A stretch of DNA of 45,454 nt, filler included, from Sphacelaria rigidula (Eukaryota): NCBI GenBank assembly GCA_964200075.2. It is 2 parts of 2 records of this genome, joined end to end, with 100 filler letters (N's around TTAATTAATTAA, not from the genome) between each part and the next. Parts side by side here need not be neighbours in the genome. Positions count along the whole stretch, not along the records: positions 22,781 to 45,454 come from CAXNAA020000320.1; 1 more part is not named here. One strand, given 5' to 3'. The translations under genes were made by a program, and so were the position numbers. This document shows positions 23,349 to 35,300 of the stretch, piece by piece (within the stretch, counting starts at the first letter, position 1; every line of letters begins with the position of its first letter). Below the pieces are notes generated by a model. That model was not told the origin of the DNA and ran no database searches. It saw nothing but the letters and a program-made list of their open reading frames with translations.

Positions 23349-23762
23349 CACGAGATTTTACAACTTGGGGGTGTTTTTTTTTAATTAAGGAGAAGAAACC
23401 CGGAGAATTGAGATCTTCGTACCCATACCAAATCTTCGGAATATGGTTCAATTTCTTCACCTGCTGGTAAAGATTGACAAATACTACACGCCACACAAAT
23501 TTGGAATTCGACAACCGAAATGTTGGGGTCCTAGGTGAAGAACCAATTCTGGGGGAGTTTGGCAATCTGATCCCATCATCGTAATTCCCCAAAATTGTTT
23601 CTTCACCTAGGACCCCAATATGTCGTGTAGTAGGTGTCAATAGCTACCAGTAGGTGAAGGAGTGGAACTCTATTTCGAAGATTTGGTGTGGATACGAAGA
23701 TTTTAATTCTCCGGGCTGTCATTCTCAATGAAAAATCCACCCCCAATTTGTAAAATCCCGTG
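23349..23762. mobile_element. Fold-back MITE, family F copy 2
   Basis: Termini CACGAGATTTTACAACTTGGGGG / CCCCCAATTTGTAAAATCCCGTG with long inverted arms. Confidence 0.85.
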
Positions 23763-24109
23763 TCATCCCCGCCAAGGTGGAATTTTCCATGTCGGGTTCT
23801 CACCTACCTGGCACCCCCCCGCCGTAAGCAGACAATTATGAGACAGTATGTATCAATATACTGAACACCGAAACGCACTTTCCCCCAGATGATTCAGTAC
23901 AACCACTACGTCGGATGGAACTTTTGAGGACTATTGCTGCCTAATTTTAGTGGGAAAAAAGGTCCTCGGGTCTTCACATCGTAGTGGAGGAGCTGGTAGT
24001 TTCGCCGTGCCCCTCATGTGCGCACGACAACGCGTTTTTGTCCAAATCCGCGTTGCAGGCGCCAATTTGTGCTCTGCCAACGTACTTTTTGCCTGGGGCC
24101 CTCTCTGCG

Positions 24110-24400
24110 CCCCCCCTGCTAACCTTCACCCCGACCCCAACCCCAACCTAAGACCTTGCGAGAACCCTCGGGCAACCACTGTCTCAGAAGAAGGCACCCT
24201 CGACAACGCGCGAAGCAGCTACCTCCGCTGTCCGCGACAGAGCGCTCGACCGATTGGAGATGGGTCCGGTGGTGGCACTGGGGGGGAAGAGGTGATGTCG
24301 CAGTAAGAGTTTCCAGCGGCAGACAGTGGTTTCCCGAAGTTTCTCGGTATATCTTGGGTTGGGGTTGGGGTTCGCGTAAGCGCCGTTTCGGAATCGGGAC
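24110..24400. repeat. Inverted-repeat element with degenerate telomere-like (CCCCAA/CCCGA) runs
   Basis: accccaacctaag...cgagaaccctcgggcaaccactgtct pairs with agacagtggtttcccgaagtttctcgg...ttgggttggggttgggg. A related arm lies at about 8690-8765. Confidence 0.6.
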
Positions 24401-24501
24401 TTTCCGAGTTTTTTTTTTTCAAGTCATTCGATCAAGTTGTAGGGTTTCATTGGGGGTGTTATTAACCCTTATACAGCGAGCGTAGCATCCTAACAGTTTC
24501 A

Positions 24502-24885
24502 TAGGCTGACAGTCCGGGGACATCCGGGGGTTTCCAACGGGCAGGAGATATATGGTTTTTGACGGGGGGGTGGGGGTCTGTTCGCAGAACAGCCGAAAAG
24601 CTCTCCAAGTCAACCATGTGCGTTTGGAAATTTCCCACAGGAAATTATAAGCCAGGAAGTAGGCCCGAGACGTGCGGAGTGATCATTCTGACCAATCATG
24701 GCTATCAAAATGGTCACTTTGCTCACCTATAGATGGACTACTGCGCTGTCTAGTCGTATTTCTCATTTTGGTCACGAAAGTTCAACCATAGATTACAGGG
24801 GCACAAATAACGTGTTCATTCATTCTGATCGTGAACTGTGGTATCCTTAGCCTGCCTGATGCGACCCTTCATGTGTTGCAGCATG
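24502..24885. mobile_element. Dispersed repeat, family G copy 1
   Basis: Colinear with 37320-38052 (aggctgacagtcc.gggacatcc...gcagaacagccgaaaagctc...gatggactactg...ctgcctgatgcgac). Confidence 0.75.
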
Positions 24886-25411
24886 TCTTCACACTATCTG
24901 TAACGTGGTTGTCGAGCACTTAGCAGAGGCATCAGCAGTATGCAGTAGATTATGTTCAGTTGAGCACGTATGGAAATGTGTAATTTGTGCATATAAGCCA
25001 AGCGATAGGGAGGAAAAGAGGAAAAAGGGAGCGGAAAATAATGAAACACATTAAATAAGCCCCAACACAAGGTAGTACGTGTACATGAACGCAGTTAGGG
25101 AACATCACTAAGATAACATTGCAAGGAAAGAAGTCAACAGCCGATAAGATAACACAGGGGTGTATTAGTTTCCGTCTAGCCGCCGCCAACCCCCCTCATC
25201 CCTGGTCAGGTGCACAGCGAGTCACTCTCTTGACCAATTCCCTCTCGGACCTGCGCGAGATGTTGCTGTTGTCGTGTCAGCGGCGTCGCCTCTCCTGTTT
25301 GCGATTCTCAGCGCAGCAGCCTCGTTCTTGTCTAGCGAAATAGGTCGGATTATCGTACGGATCTTCCCGTTGCCACGCGTCCTCAAACTCCTGCCTAGAA
25401 TACTTGATGAA

Positions 25412-25542
25412 ATGAGGTTCAGACTTCAAATGAGGTTCAGCCCATCGAACTGAGTTTCAGCCCCCCAAACGAGGTTCAGCCCCCCGACTGAGGTTCAGCC
25501 CCCCGAATGAGGTTCTGCAGGAAATGGGGTTCAGCCCCGAAA
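25412..25542. repeat. Short tandem repeat, about 7 copies of (T)GAGGTTCAGCCCCC(GAA)
   Basis: Seen directly; the same motif recurs near 45414-45445. Confidence 0.8.
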
Positions 25543-26669
25543 CAACGCCTTCTCCTACCTGAAACGGATTCTGAACAACGACGTTCTGTGAGACCCAATG
25601 CCCCTCGGCTGCGTGAATACCTCTTTATCGGCCTTCACTAACTTTGTACCCGCACAGCGCTGCGCGAAAGTGACTTTCAGTGATGAAGACATTGCCTCGA
25701 GATTAAAAAAACGTACGTTTTTGCCCAGCTCGATGAGCATGCAGACTTGAGATGAAAGCCGGTGAACGAGTATCGACGCGATCGAGAGGCATGAGGTCGT
25801 CAAGTGCGCCATTGGTTATGGTTAGTGTAAGTTAGGGAACGCATGGACTCTGGCAATTGCGGGTCATGACCCATTCCCTCGATTGTGTAAGAAGTCACAC
25901 GGGCGAGGTCTTATGGAGGGGGGGAGCGCGCAGGGGGGGTACACACGTTTTACGGGGATCGCCTGCTAGATACCAGAGAATGCTGATAGCAAGCTCTGTA
26001 CAGTAGCAACAGTGCACGCGCGTACTGCATAGAAGCACGGGAAGGTTTGCGGTACCGCACAGGGGTTGAGTAAGAGCCGAACATGTTGCAGAGGCAGGGA
26101 ATTGCGGTTCAAGCGGTGAGGGTGCTGAGCCGCATATACCAGAAGTGTTTCAACAGCTGAGCGTCTGCTAACCTGACGCTTGAAGCGCATCAAGATATAC
26201 ACCTGCGTTTGCCCGTCATTTTTTCAATTAGAGTAATGCCGAATGAACGTGTACAGTATTTACACTTCTGGCCAGTGAAGGGTTAATCTAGATTGTGTCT
26301 CATAACTGCTACTTGTTGACTAATTTGTTTCAGTGCAGTCATGACACCATCTTCTTTGCACATGTGTTATTGTCGTTCTGCAGCATTACGACATTTTAAG
26401 TGAGTACATGTAAGCTGCCGGAAAGCAGGCGAAGGTAGTCATATATTATTGTTGAGTTAATAAAGCACAGAACATATGCCGGTTGATATTACAGGGTGTA
26501 CATCTAGTCCAACAAATAGAACAACACAGCCCTCATCAACATGGTAACCGTAGCAGTGTTGGTAACGACCACGGTTGGGCACTAATTTTGCGCGTGCGTG
26601 GGTGTGCTGGGGCAGGAGTTGGGACAAGTGCAACGTTCGAACTATTTTTCGATCCACTCACTGCACGAC

Positions 26670-27175
26670 TTGTAGATCACATCGAGAAGTGCTGCGACGA
26701 AGATGTTGAACAGCAACGGGGACGACCACCCTTGCCTGAGTTCTGGCAGGCGTGACACTACTCTGATAATTCGCCGTCATCCACCTGTATCCAATCTTGC
26801 ATGTCGTCTCGAAAGGTACACGTGACCTTGATAATCCGCGGCGGAGTCCGACACTAACCCTAACCCTACCCTTAAAACCCTAACCCTAACCCTAACCCTA
26901 ATCCTAACCCTAAGAAATACTTCCCGCAACGGCGTGCAGTCTACGGAGCCTTCGACCTTCGGCTGGTCAATGAAGCGCGGTTTCAGTGGGGTATTCCTCG
27001 CCCATCCCAACTTTTGCTGTCGGCGTAGTGCAAACATCATGTCGATGGTCGATTGTTTCGCCGCAAATCCAACCTGTTCTTGCGGGGGAAAATCCATGCT
27101 TCCTCGCAGAAGTACCGATTCTCCCAGCTACAGTTTTGAGAAGTTTTCCCACCTGCGCTACCAAAAGAACGAACG
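26670..27175 (-). mobile_element. RTE-like LINE reverse transcriptase relic
   Basis: LLVAQVGKLLK...QEQVGFAAKQSTIDMMFALRR...FIDQPK..GSVD...PPRIIKV..FRDDMQ...LRQGWSSPLLFNIF. Confidence 0.85.
26854..26913. repeat. Interstitial telomeric tract (CCCTAA)n inside the LINE relic
   Basis: About 10 hexamers, mostly perfect CCCTAA. Confidence 0.9.
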
Positions 27176-27764
27176 TACATATACATACACGAGTTGCACT
27201 CATTGATTTATTGAGTGATTGGCTTTGATTGTCGCACTTTATCTGTAAAGTATTCCGGTACTTCATAGATTTGTGTAGGACCACGTACATGTATGTAGAA
27301 ACCAAATCTGTGCTTCAAAGCGAGTTTGATGGAACTCTGTTATACAGGTTTACGAGTGTAGAGCAAAAAAAAAGGCGCGATGTGGTGACGTATCCAGCTC
27401 AAGGTCTAGAGAGCCGGACAAATGCCCTTATTTCTTCTCAGTGAGCCAATGAACTCCACACCATATGTAATGACTTCAACTGGGTGTGCAGGTGTTTGTA
27501 GGAACGTCTCGGGTGGAGGTGACGTGCAACTACGAATTTATTTATAGTTACTGAAAACGAGAAGTTATGCAAGTAGTTGCCGTTGCCTGAGCACAACTAC
27601 TGCATGGAAATCCTACACAACTATTTGGCTGTGGGCAACGTTTGGGTGAGGGGTCCGTGCAACTGGTTGCTTGTAGACCATTTTTGCATTCGAACTACTC
27701 TCGCTTGGCCGAAAATTTCGCGCGAGTACTTGAGTGTAAAACGACTCTCTCGGCCTTAGATCAT

Positions 27765-28618
27765 ATTTTGTCACGGGATTTCGGAACGGGATTTCCCGTT
27801 CCCCCGAAGGCGCGAGACAGGACGGGGACGGTTGCCCATCGCGAAAAAAGCGACAACATGAGACGGGAACGGTTTCTCGTCGCCTAAAAATGACGGGACG
27901 GGATGGGAAATTTGGGAACTGACGGGACGGGACAGAGACGGAATTCCCGTCCCGTTCCGTCGTTAAGGGAGCATTCCCGTGGATCTTCTCGTCCAGTCCG
28001 ATTTCGTCCCGTCCCCAAGGAAATATGTCGAGAACTCCTCGAAAACAAGCACGATGACGCCAATATATACCGCAGCGATGTTTTGGTACGATCTCTCGGG
28101 GATATCGGCCGATTTCGAGGTACAACACCCGATAACAACAGTTGAATCGGCTCATAATAGCGACAGGAAAACAGTCCCGTCCTGTCCCATGACCTTCGAG
28201 GGAAACGGGAATTGCCCTGCCGTCTCGTGACAAGCCCTGGTGACGACAGCAGGTAGTCGTGATTGTTTATCAATTCATGTGAAGTGTGAGAAAAAGCCGT
28301 GGAAAGAACGGGGCCCCCGCAAATAAAGAAAATGTTCCCCCGTCCGACATGTGCAAATATACACCGAAATTCCCGTTGGGATGACAGGAATTTCGGTCCC
28401 ATTGAGGAAAAGCCTGGTTTAATCTGACAGGAATTACCGTGAAAAAGATAGGGAATCGTCCCGTGAGGGAACGGGACGGGCACAGGGGGTTAGGACGGGA
28501 CGGGCACAGGGGGTCAGGACGGGATGGGAACGTTTTCCCCTCGCCAAAACAAGATGAAACGGGACGGGAATGCGGGAGTTCCCGTTCCGTCCCGTACGGT
28601 TTCCCGTGACAAACCCTG
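27765..28618. mobile_element. Two adjacent hAT-like MITE copies/fragments rich in GGGAC/GTCCC repeats
   Basis: The left end ttgtcacggga is inverted relative to right ends cgtgacaagccctg (about 28238) and cccgtgacaaaccctg (28618). Many GGGACGG subterminal motifs. Confidence 0.7.
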
Positions 28619-31600
28619 AAATATTTCGGGCATGTAGTTGCCTGTGGGCAGCATGTAGATGGAAAGCTGGTGAACCTAGCTTTGTAGCAACATCTACGGC
28701 CTAATACCTGCCCAACTAGGCATCGCTGGTCTAAATATGTATTGGTTATACATGGTTTAAAACTTCTCAGGTAGAACTCCGGCCAAAGAGTCCCACCCGT
28801 CTGGTCAAAATCACCAGCTAAGGTGCTGGACTCTGCAGATTTGAATGCACGCAGTTTGGTCTCCCGCAAAGGATGGTGTCAATGATGCTTGCACCCGAGG
28901 CGACACAGTTGGCCGACCGCATGCGACTATCAGCAGCGTAGAACACATGAAGAAAACAACTTCACGTCAACGTCCTGCCACGGAAGTCCGGGTGAATGAA
29001 CCCGTTGCATACTTCCCGTACCAACGCAACACAGCATAAAGACTAGAGCTCTGACGTAGGGCGCAAATACCTCGGCATAAGGCACGCCATGCATCTGACC
29101 TGTTCGAACAATTTACGACCGGAATATCAAAATATACAAATGGTTCGAATGTACACCACACCCCCCCGGGAGTCCGAGATGTCACACTTGTAGCTCTCGA
29201 CGTACCCCACCCCTAGCTCCACTCTACTTCTATACGAGCAAGCTATAACGCATGCACTCCCCCTGACCCAGTCCCCCTGACCAGAACGTCTCAGCATCCA
29301 CACTTCGTGGTGAAGTTCGGCCGGCGTTCGTACGATATTACTGTAAGTAAGGAAGAGGCACAGGCCTTGACGTCACAGACGCTGTGCTGGGGATATAAAA
29401 GCGATGCTCGCTTGCATATTTGGTACGCATAGCAGGAGAAAATTAGCTCGCCAAGCGGTGAGCATTTTAAAGCAGCTTTACGACCTCCTTCAATGCTAAA
29501 AAAAAGTGGAGATTGAGAAGTGAATCGCTTGCTTGGAGGAGGCCAAAATCGTATTCCTCGGGCGCCATAGACCCCCCCTCCACCCTGCCCCCCCCCCAAT
29601 CTTTGAGGGAAAATAGCGGGTATACCTGTGGCCTTTCCCGCAAACAAGTGTGCTGCGGTTTCGGCCTACACTTTGTTCAGGAAGCGAACAGTTTGCCCAT
29701 TGAACCCGTGAGCGTTAAGGTATACCTAGATGTGAGGTTAACCCTCGAAAGAATCCCCAAAATTAAGGAGGCACAGAAAAATCGAGAAGTTGCTGGAGGA
29801 CGAGAAGAGTAAGCAGTCACGGACAAGTATTGTACGGACACCATGGGCCTGATAACCCAAAACATGCAGGAGATACGTCGGAGAAGGTAGAGGTGGAACA
29901 CATTTTCTCATTTTACTGGTGGTCGGCGAAAACCGCTATCTCGACAAACCTCCTCCCGTCGAATAACGTATGAACATACCCTCAAAAGCGGGGATGATGT
30001 GGATACTACTCACGAGAGAAATATCTCGAGCGTCATTACAGACCAATCACCTTTTCATAGGAGGCAAGTAAGCACCAGGGTAGAGACGGCTTTATTCCTT
30101 GGGATTAGGTAATCATCCCGGGAAGGGGAGGTGGTGACAGGGTCACAAAAACATCGAAAGCGACATTTTCCCTTCAATCATCACTCGCACGATAAGGAGT
30201 ATGGTTCGCAGTGACTGCTGTCGGCACGAGTGTCCCAGGTTTCCTAACGTGTGGCACGAACCCACCGTTATGCCTCCCTTCGGGGAAGTCGAGCAGTGGG
30301 TCCCGAGAAGTTTTCATCGTCGGAGTCGTGGCCGTACACTGGCTCGAAACACGGTGAGGCATGGTGTGGTTGGCTGCACGGTGGGGCTGCCCTTTCACTA
30401 AGATGGCAGTACAATGGACCTCTCAGTCATGGATGAGCACTCGCTATATTGACAATTATATATACTTTGGGGCCAACTTGGCCTACAGATGAAGATCGCT
30501 CTGTTACCGTCAATATGCGTTTGAGTTTCGTTTTTGTTGGGTACGTCTATCAAGAGACCACGGCTGAACCCCGGGGGGATCACTTAAAGTACGACAATCA
30601 AAATCAAATAATCAATCATGCGTGAAAACTCGTCAACGTACACATATGGTTGCGTCTTGAAACCGACACCGGGGCTGTTTATCTTATATTCCAACAGTCT
30701 GCAATGCTCGTGAATTTGCTATACTTTATCCGTGTTCATGGCTCTCAGCAAAATGGTTGCAGGTTTGTTTGTGTTGTGGTCATCGGACGAAACGAAAATG
30801 ATCAACCATTTCACGAATCAAATGATCATGTTCCACAGGTTAAACGGAACACACTATTTCGCGTACCGATCTGTAGCGGCTGCCGGGGTCGTGTTCCGTA
30901 CGCCATAGATTACAATGTGGCCATGGTCAATATACTCAAGAAGATACCGCACCGAAATATTTACGCACTGTTGCCATAGACTTGATCAGTCCACCGTACA
31001 GTACATGATAGTACACTCTTGCATTTCATGTCCAGTGCATACATTGTTTTGCACCCACAAAGCTCACACTCATACGGTGAGTGGTGACCGTAATACAGTC
31101 GTTGTCTCCGACAATGCTTAGCGGATCAGTCGACCACTCGGTCAATCAATACAAAGCCTCCACTCCGCTATTTGAACCCGTCACTCAGTCCGTCGGCAGA
31201 ACGACTGACCGGTGGGTAGTAATGCAAACATACACTCAAGGGGCGCCTTGTGCTCGCTGGGGCAGAGTGGCACAGGCTACTCTGAAAGGGGTGATCACCA
31301 CTGATACTCTGGAACAGGACCTGCACGCGTACAATGACCAGAGCTTGATGTTCCAAATCGTACGACAGGGCCAAATTCACTGGCGGGGTCAGGGACAGGC
31401 CTGCCGCCTCACGTGTGTCGCTCGGCACTACTAACCGTTTTTTCAACTTCCCGGCGTGAAGGGGGGACGGGAATGCTTTTTGAGGGCTGCATGCTTCGCT
31501 CCTATTTGCAAACTTATTGCATGATGAAATCGCTAAACGTCGACCTAGGTTTTTCTCCTCGTGGTTCACGACTGCACATGGTGGTCGTCGGCAACGAGGC

Positions 31601-32263
31601 ACTTCTTGTGTCTGTGATTGTTCAAATGCGTCATTTTTCAGTAGCCAACATTACAGTGCACAGGCAGCCTCACCGGTTGGCGTAGCTCCCAGCGTTTTCC
31701 TAATCATTCAATTCATGCAGTGTTGCACGACAAATGGGCTAGTGGACTAGCGAGGAAATCTGAACGAGCGGGGCGTACTTCGTCTCCCATGCCACCATGT
31801 CTCGGTTGTAACTATTTTTCAGGTATCTTGCTCGTTAAATGCACGTCACGTGTCGATATCACTGCATAGCAACTACTGTTGGGCGTCGTCACATATCGAG
31901 AGCGCACCTCGGACAGATACACGACATTTGTTTCACTCAATACCGGCGTTGCGCAGTGCTGCTCTATACCACCAGCCCATATCTTTGGAATATGAAACGC
32001 GCAACGCATAGCGATGTACACAGCCATGTGTAACAGCGCGAGTTCGCTTTAGGTTCGGATATAAGTGTACACTGGTCAAAGCGATGTTGCCAACTTACCG
32101 TAGCTTGAAATACGGCCGAGTCAGCTCTTTGATTTTGTATTCTGACGCTCCACGGGATTGCGTTTGCTCTGCTGGACGGCCGTCGCCGTGCTCATTTGCT
32201 ACTGTGTATCCTGTACTTGCTGCGCCGCTTAAATGTCTGCGGGATATCGTACGGTACGCTTAG

Positions 32264-32382
32264 GTGGAATCGGAAGGTGACTTTGAGGCGGCGACCAAGG
32301 ATATAGCCTCTTTGGTGTACCTTTGCAAACCGGAGGAGGGTTGCCTTCCTGACAAAGACTGGGAGACATCATCTTCACACAA
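32264..32382 (+). CDS. Exon: N-terminal DUF442-like domain ([26 protein letters not shown]...)
   Basis: Acceptor cttag, donor gtgaga. Its phase 2 end matches the next exon. SLVYLC.PEE resembles the S(V/I)INLR..E strand of DUF442/PTP-like folds. Confidence 0.7.
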
Positions 32383-35300
32383 GTGAGAGTTTCGAGAAAT
32401 AAAAAATGCTCAACGAAGGTGTAGCTGAACGACAACTGCCCAGTAAGTTTAAGATTTACTAACATCTACCGTGCGCACAGCGTTGGGTACTGCTGCGGTT
32501 CACAATGGACCAGACTTGCACTTTACCGCGGAGGTGTTCCACCGTGTAGCCACTCACACGCCGCGCTTGTCGTGCGTAGCGACACGACGCGACTCGCGCC
32601 ATTCGTACTCACTTACGGTGCTCTTCGTTTGCTCGCACACGGGGTAATTATGTCGACGAAGTCGCTAAGATAAGAAAGGTGCTTGATCACCTGCAGTTCA
32701 ACGCCTGCAACCGCCCAGCCCAGCTGCATTATCGTCGAATGAGATTGTGAACCTATTGTGTTTAATGACGCGGGCATGGTGGCGCTCACGTGCGCTCACG
32801 TACCATACCGTGTGATCCCCGCTCCGTATAGGGGGTGGCGTTGCCTCACCGAGGTGTTGTGACATTTCATAGCACAATGAAGACATGCGTACTCGCTTTA
32901 CTGTGGAAGCTCATCGTACGAATACTGCGTTGAACTATAGGTACGACAAAAGGCTAATATACAATGTACTTCCCGGCGTATGTATGCAAATGCAATGTTC
33001 AGGCAACGACTCGACCTCGCCCTTGGTCCCGGTCTGTTTGAGGTACGATCGGGCCTCAAAGCCGTGGAAGAGATGAACAAGATGGCGAAGCCAATTCTCT
33101 TCATGTGCAAGAGCGCAAACAGAGCAGGTAGGTATTCACAGTAGACGCAGTCGGCATCGTGAAAGGAGGAGACACCCTCACCCGCCGACTTGAACATTTG
33201 ATGGTGAATGCCGACTTCGCCGTAGTGTTGTCCATCAGAAGCCAAAAGTGAATAAAAATGGCCCTTCTTTTTATCACACTTTTAACCCCTCTCCTTCCTC
33301 GGGTTGAGGCCGTCGTCTCAAGGGATTAACCCATCTCTCCCCCGTATACGCCGTACATTCGAATCTCGTGGGTTGAATCATGACTATCAGCATTCCCGCA
33401 CCGCGTCAACCCTCGTCGAACAAACTCCGTCAACTACTCCTGTTTATTCACGTGCGCACGCTTTAGACGGTGGAAATCAATTTCTTCGAAGAAAACCTCA
33501 ACGCGCCGGGAATCGAACCAATGTTCTCTCCAGCATAATGGTGACAGTCGGACCATGAGAGCAGTATGGACAACAAAATTGAAAACATTGAGTACCAATC
33601 GCCCTTAGATTATTGAGGTTCGAATAAAGAGTATCATGCATTTAGTGTTCCCTTTACTCGGTTAATTTTATCTCTTCTCGACCTCGTTCCCCTTCCTCGA
33701 GCTTCCTCAGAGAGTTTTCCCTTTTTCTACCACCTGGTGTATGTCTACCTTTCGACCAGTGCTGGACCCCGGGGATCGTTTGACGCGCAATGATCGAATA
33801 TAAAAGAGCAATACTGAATGGGAAGTATTGACTACATAGGCAGCCATGACCACGCATTTGAAAATATTCTGTCGCTTTGCGTCAGTCGAACGTTTCGTCA
33901 GGACTGTGTTGGTCTGTACTCTTTTGAGTAGAATTTGACATTTGCCCTTTGACCCTTTGGCCGCGAGCATAGGTGATCTATTAATTCAGCATGAAGTTCA
34001 CTTGCAAAATTGATGCATGATCAGATGATCTCTTCTCGCGGTCAAAGGGTTATTTCCTTAATAATCTTCATTTTTTTTTTTTTCTCCGGTAGGGTAGGGT
34101 ACGGTACGGTACGGTACGGTACGGCACGGTACTGCATGCGTATATGGCGCACTGCTTTCAAACCCGTTGTGCTTGAATTTCATCTGTAATTTAGCGTCTC
34201 ATAACGCATTCAAAACCATTAGAATCATCCATGAACGGTGGGCGCCCCCAGAATGGCACTCATAATGGAAATTCAAAATATGTCGACTTTGGTGGGCTGT
34301 TCCTTTTTGAAGAATAGCACGGTGAGAAACAAGACGAACCGCGGCCAACTACCAGTTGGTCTGCATAGCGCGTATAGAGAAATCAATGACCACCACGCTG
34401 CCCTGGCCAAGCACTGCCTTCGCTGGAGCGGCTTTATCCACCGTTCCCAGTCAGTATGGGTAGCAACGTCTAGCTTCAGCCAACATGAGTTGCGCACGCT
34501 AGCGGTGGCAGTTGTGGCTAGCGAGTACTGCATTATTCTATCTCCAAGAATGACTCCAAAGTGCTCTGTGCTATGGCTCTGGTGCTAGTGCATTGTGCTG
34601 TATGTACGGCAGTGTTCGTAGTCAACCTCCCATAGAGTGTCTTGGACGACCTCCACTTCGTTCCTCACGCACCCAGTACGTACAGTACAAAACTTGGATG
34701 CACGCGTGACGGATGTAGTCCTCCTCATAAGATTTCCAACCGTGCGCAGGAGATCAGACGTTATGTTTGCCGCTTGTTGTATTTCGCATGCACGTTGTGG
34801 GTTGGATCTTGCGAAGGAGATTGTGTTGTGATAATGTCTACAATAAGGTCATATCTGTGCGGTCACCTGTTATCTCAAAATAGCGGCAGGCCGAGGATAG
34901 GTTGTGGTACCCATAGGCTCGTGCCGTGTTGGTTTTCCTTCTTGATGCACCGTGCCGTACCGCACAGCATGTGTACACAGCTTGCTGCGTTTCCCGTAAC
35001 CCAGTTCCTTACATACTTCGAGAAAAAACATGCCGTACAAACGTGCTTTCACGCGTACGACACACCGTACCTACTGAACATGACACTCACATACGCTGAC
35101 CCGCATGAAGGCGGCATATGTTTTGCACGCATCCCACAGACCATCCTTCCGCTACCGCTCTTATTATGGATATGTTAGTGCGTAACGGGTGGTATCCACT
35201 GTATGTGTACAGCATCCAGTATTTCCCCCTTTGCCGGCTTGATGGGGTCACCACGACCAACCCGTGGCATTGTCAGCCATGGCTCGAGTTGATATCGAAG

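Noticed and set aside
25412-25542. CRISPR-like short repeats
   Set aside because: Intervening sequence is only a few bases and not spacer-like.
30200-32100. First coding exon(s) of the DUF442-ETHE1 gene
   Set aside because: Several candidates were seen (donors near 30353 and 31078, MVVVGNE near 31578-31598, GCCACCATG near 31791). None combined a convincing start, a phase-0 donor and domain similarity.
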